Assembly (NCBI GenBank): GCA_963700145.1
Contig: OY969474.1
Location: forward strand, 192,001-256,000
Source of the DNA: an uncultured Acidobacteriota bacterium
GTDB taxonomy: Bacteria; Acidobacteriota; Thermoanaerobaculia; Multivoradales; UBA5704
DNA: 64,000 nucleotides
Reading direction: 5' to 3'
Shown: in pieces, positions 60,499 through 64,000 of the stretch
Numbering within the stretch: position 1 is the first letter of the stretch
Layout: each line of letters opens with the position of its first letter
The notes under the pieces: model-generated
Database searches by the model: none
What the model was told of the DNA's origin: nothing
Seen by the model: the letters and a program-made list of their open reading frames with translations, nothing else
Position numbers and translations under genes: made by a program

Positions 60499-60948
60499 CT
60501 ACAGCGGGCAGTTGATCGAGAGCAGGAAGCCGTCCGGGTCGGTGACGGTGATCTCGCGCACGCCCCAGGAGCGGTCGGTGGGGCCGTCGGTGAGCGTGCC
60601 GCCGGCGGCGCGGATGCGCTCGGCCAGGGCGTCGACGTTCTGCGAGGTCTCGCCGTGCAGGCGGATGCCGACGCCCTTCTTGCGGTCGCGCCCCTTCTTC
60701 CAGTCGTCCTGCGTCAGGTAGAGCTCGCAGCTCCCGGCCTTGAGCTGGACGCCCTGCAGCACGCCGTCCGCCTCCCAGTGCTCCCCCTCGACGAACCCGA
60801 GCACGTCGCGGTACCAGGCGAGGCTGCGGCCGATGTCGTCCACCGTCAGCGTCGGCGTGACCGAGCGCAGCCGCAGCGTCTCGGGCTGCCGCCGCTCGCG
60901 GTGCTCCCGCGGCGCCGCGCCACCACCGCTGCCTCCCTCGTTGGCCAT
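60499..60948 (-). CDS. VOC/glyoxalase/bleomycin-resistance family protein
   Basis: LTVDDIGRSLAWYRDVLGF...VDALAERIRAAG...DRSWGVREITVTDPDG. Confidence 0.88.
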   Translation of the reverse strand: MANEGGSGGGAAPREHRERRQPETLRLRSVTPTLTVDDIGRSLAWYRDVLGFVEGEHWEADGVLQGVQLKAGSCELYLTQDDWKKGRDRKKGVGIRLHGETSQNVDALAERIRAAGGTLTDGPTDRSWGVREITVTDPDGFLLSINCPL

Positions 60949-61094
60949 ATCGTGGACCCTCCGAGGAACGCTAGCACAGGCCTTCCCCCCGGAATGACAC
61001 CGCGGCGGGGCTCTGTTACCATTTGCAGGCCCGGCCCGTGGGCCGGGTGTTCTCGTCTCCAGGCCGCCCCCACCGCTACCCGAGAAAGGAAGGC

Positions 61095-62975
<1,881 letters not shown>

Positions 62976-62985
62976 GAGCCCGACG

Positions 62986-64000
62986 ATGGCCGCCACGCCG
63001 CCGACCCTGACCAAGAAGGACTTCACCACCGACCAAGAGGTGCGCTGGTGCCCCGGCTGCGGGGACTACGCGATCCTCTCGGCGGTGCAGCAGGTGTTCC
63101 CCGAGCTGGGGATCCCCAAGGAGCGCTTCGTCGTCGTCTCCGGGATCGGCTGCTCGTCGCGCTTTCCTTATTACATGGACACCTTCGGCTTCCACTCGAT
63201 CCACGGCCGCGCACCGGCGGTGGCGACCGGGCTCAAGATGGCGCGGCCGGACCTCGAGGTCTGGATCGCCACCGGCGACGGCGACGCGATGTCGATCGGC
63301 GGCAACCACCTGATCCACACCCTGCGCCGCAACGTCGGGGTCAAGATCCTGATGTTCAACAACCGGATCTACGGCCTGACCAAGGGGCAGTACTCGCCGA
63401 CCAGCGAGCTGGGGAAGCGCACCAAGTCCAGCCCTTCGGGGTCGGTGGACTACCCGTTCAACCCGCTGTCGCTGGCGCTCGGCGCCGGCGCCACCTTCGT
63501 GGCGCGCACCGTGGACATCTACCAGCAGCACTTGAAGGAGACGCTGCGGCGCGCCGCCAAGCACCGCGGCACGGCCTTCGTCGAGATCTACCAGAACTGC
63601 AACATCTTCAACGACAAGGCCTTCACCTACATGACCGAGAAGGACACGCGCGACGACGCCACGCTCTACTTGGAGCACGGCAAGCCGATGGTCTACGGCA
63701 AGGCGCGCGACAAGGGCATCCGCATGAACGGCACGCGGATGGAGGTGATCCACCTGGGCGACACCCTCACCGAGGCCGACTGCCTGGTCTGGGACGAGTC
63801 CGACGAGAACCCGGCCACCGCCTTCCTCGCCGCGCAGCTCCTCCCCCCCGACTTCCCGACCCCCGTCGGGGTGATCCGCGCCCACGACATCCCGAGCTAC
63901 GAAGAGCGCGTCGTCGCCCAGATCCAGAGCGAGATCGACCGCCTCGGGCAGGGGAGCCTAGAAGCCCTCATCCACTCCGGCGACACCTGGACGGTGCACC
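62986..64000 (+). CDS. korB: 2-oxoacid:ferredoxin oxidoreductase beta subunit (runs off the window end)
   Basis: VRWCPGCGDYAIL, SGIGCSSRF, HSIHGRA, TGDGD and NNRIYGLTKGQYSPTS. Confidence 0.93.
   Translation, partial: MAATPPTLTKKDFTTDQEVRWCPGCGDYAILSAVQQVFPELGIPKERFVVVSGIGCSSRFPYYMDTFGFHSIHGRAPAVATGLKMARPDLEVWIATGDGDAMSIGGNHLIHTLRRNVGVKILMFNNRIYGLTKGQYSPTSELGKRTKSSPSGSVDYPFNPLSLALGAGATFVARTVDIYQQHLKETLRRAAKHRGTAFVEIYQNCNIFNDKAFTYMTEKDTRDDATLYLEHGKPMVYGKARDKGIRMNGTRMEVIHLGDTLTEADCLVWDESDENPATAFLAAQLLPPDFPTPVGVIRAHDIPSYEERVVAQIQSEIDRLGQGSLEALIHSGDTWTVH

Overview
High-GC bacterial chromosomal window. The gene families suggest Acidobacteriota, probably Thermoanaerobaculia (inference). Housekeeping and metabolic genes include coaD, add, aceE, a lysC-lysA fusion, two pilT-like ATPases, truA, tRNA-Glu, an S8 protease, an M16 peptidase pair, nuoB/CD/I and korA/korB. 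Three accessory regions interrupt them. (1) About 19.5-27 kb: MazEF, a PspA/ESCRT-III-like gene coupled to a classical AAA+ ATPase, an XRE regulator divergent from a 15 x 21-bp palindrome-core array and a small helical protein, a TIGR02391-like gene and three Uma2 nucleases. (2) About 36.6-42 kb, just 3' of tRNA-Glu: a lower-GC TIR-NB-ARC-WD40 NLR-like gene, a second 21-bp-period array, and three intact antitoxins whose toxins are missing or internally deleted. (3) About 55.8-60.5 kb: a compact minus-strand operon that looks like an uncharacterised RiPP-type cluster (63-aa Ala/Glu-rich peptide, PaaK-like adenylating enzyme, radical SAM/twitch enzyme, ceramidase-like amidohydrolase, aldo-keto reductase). 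All calls come from motif reading only; no database searches were run.
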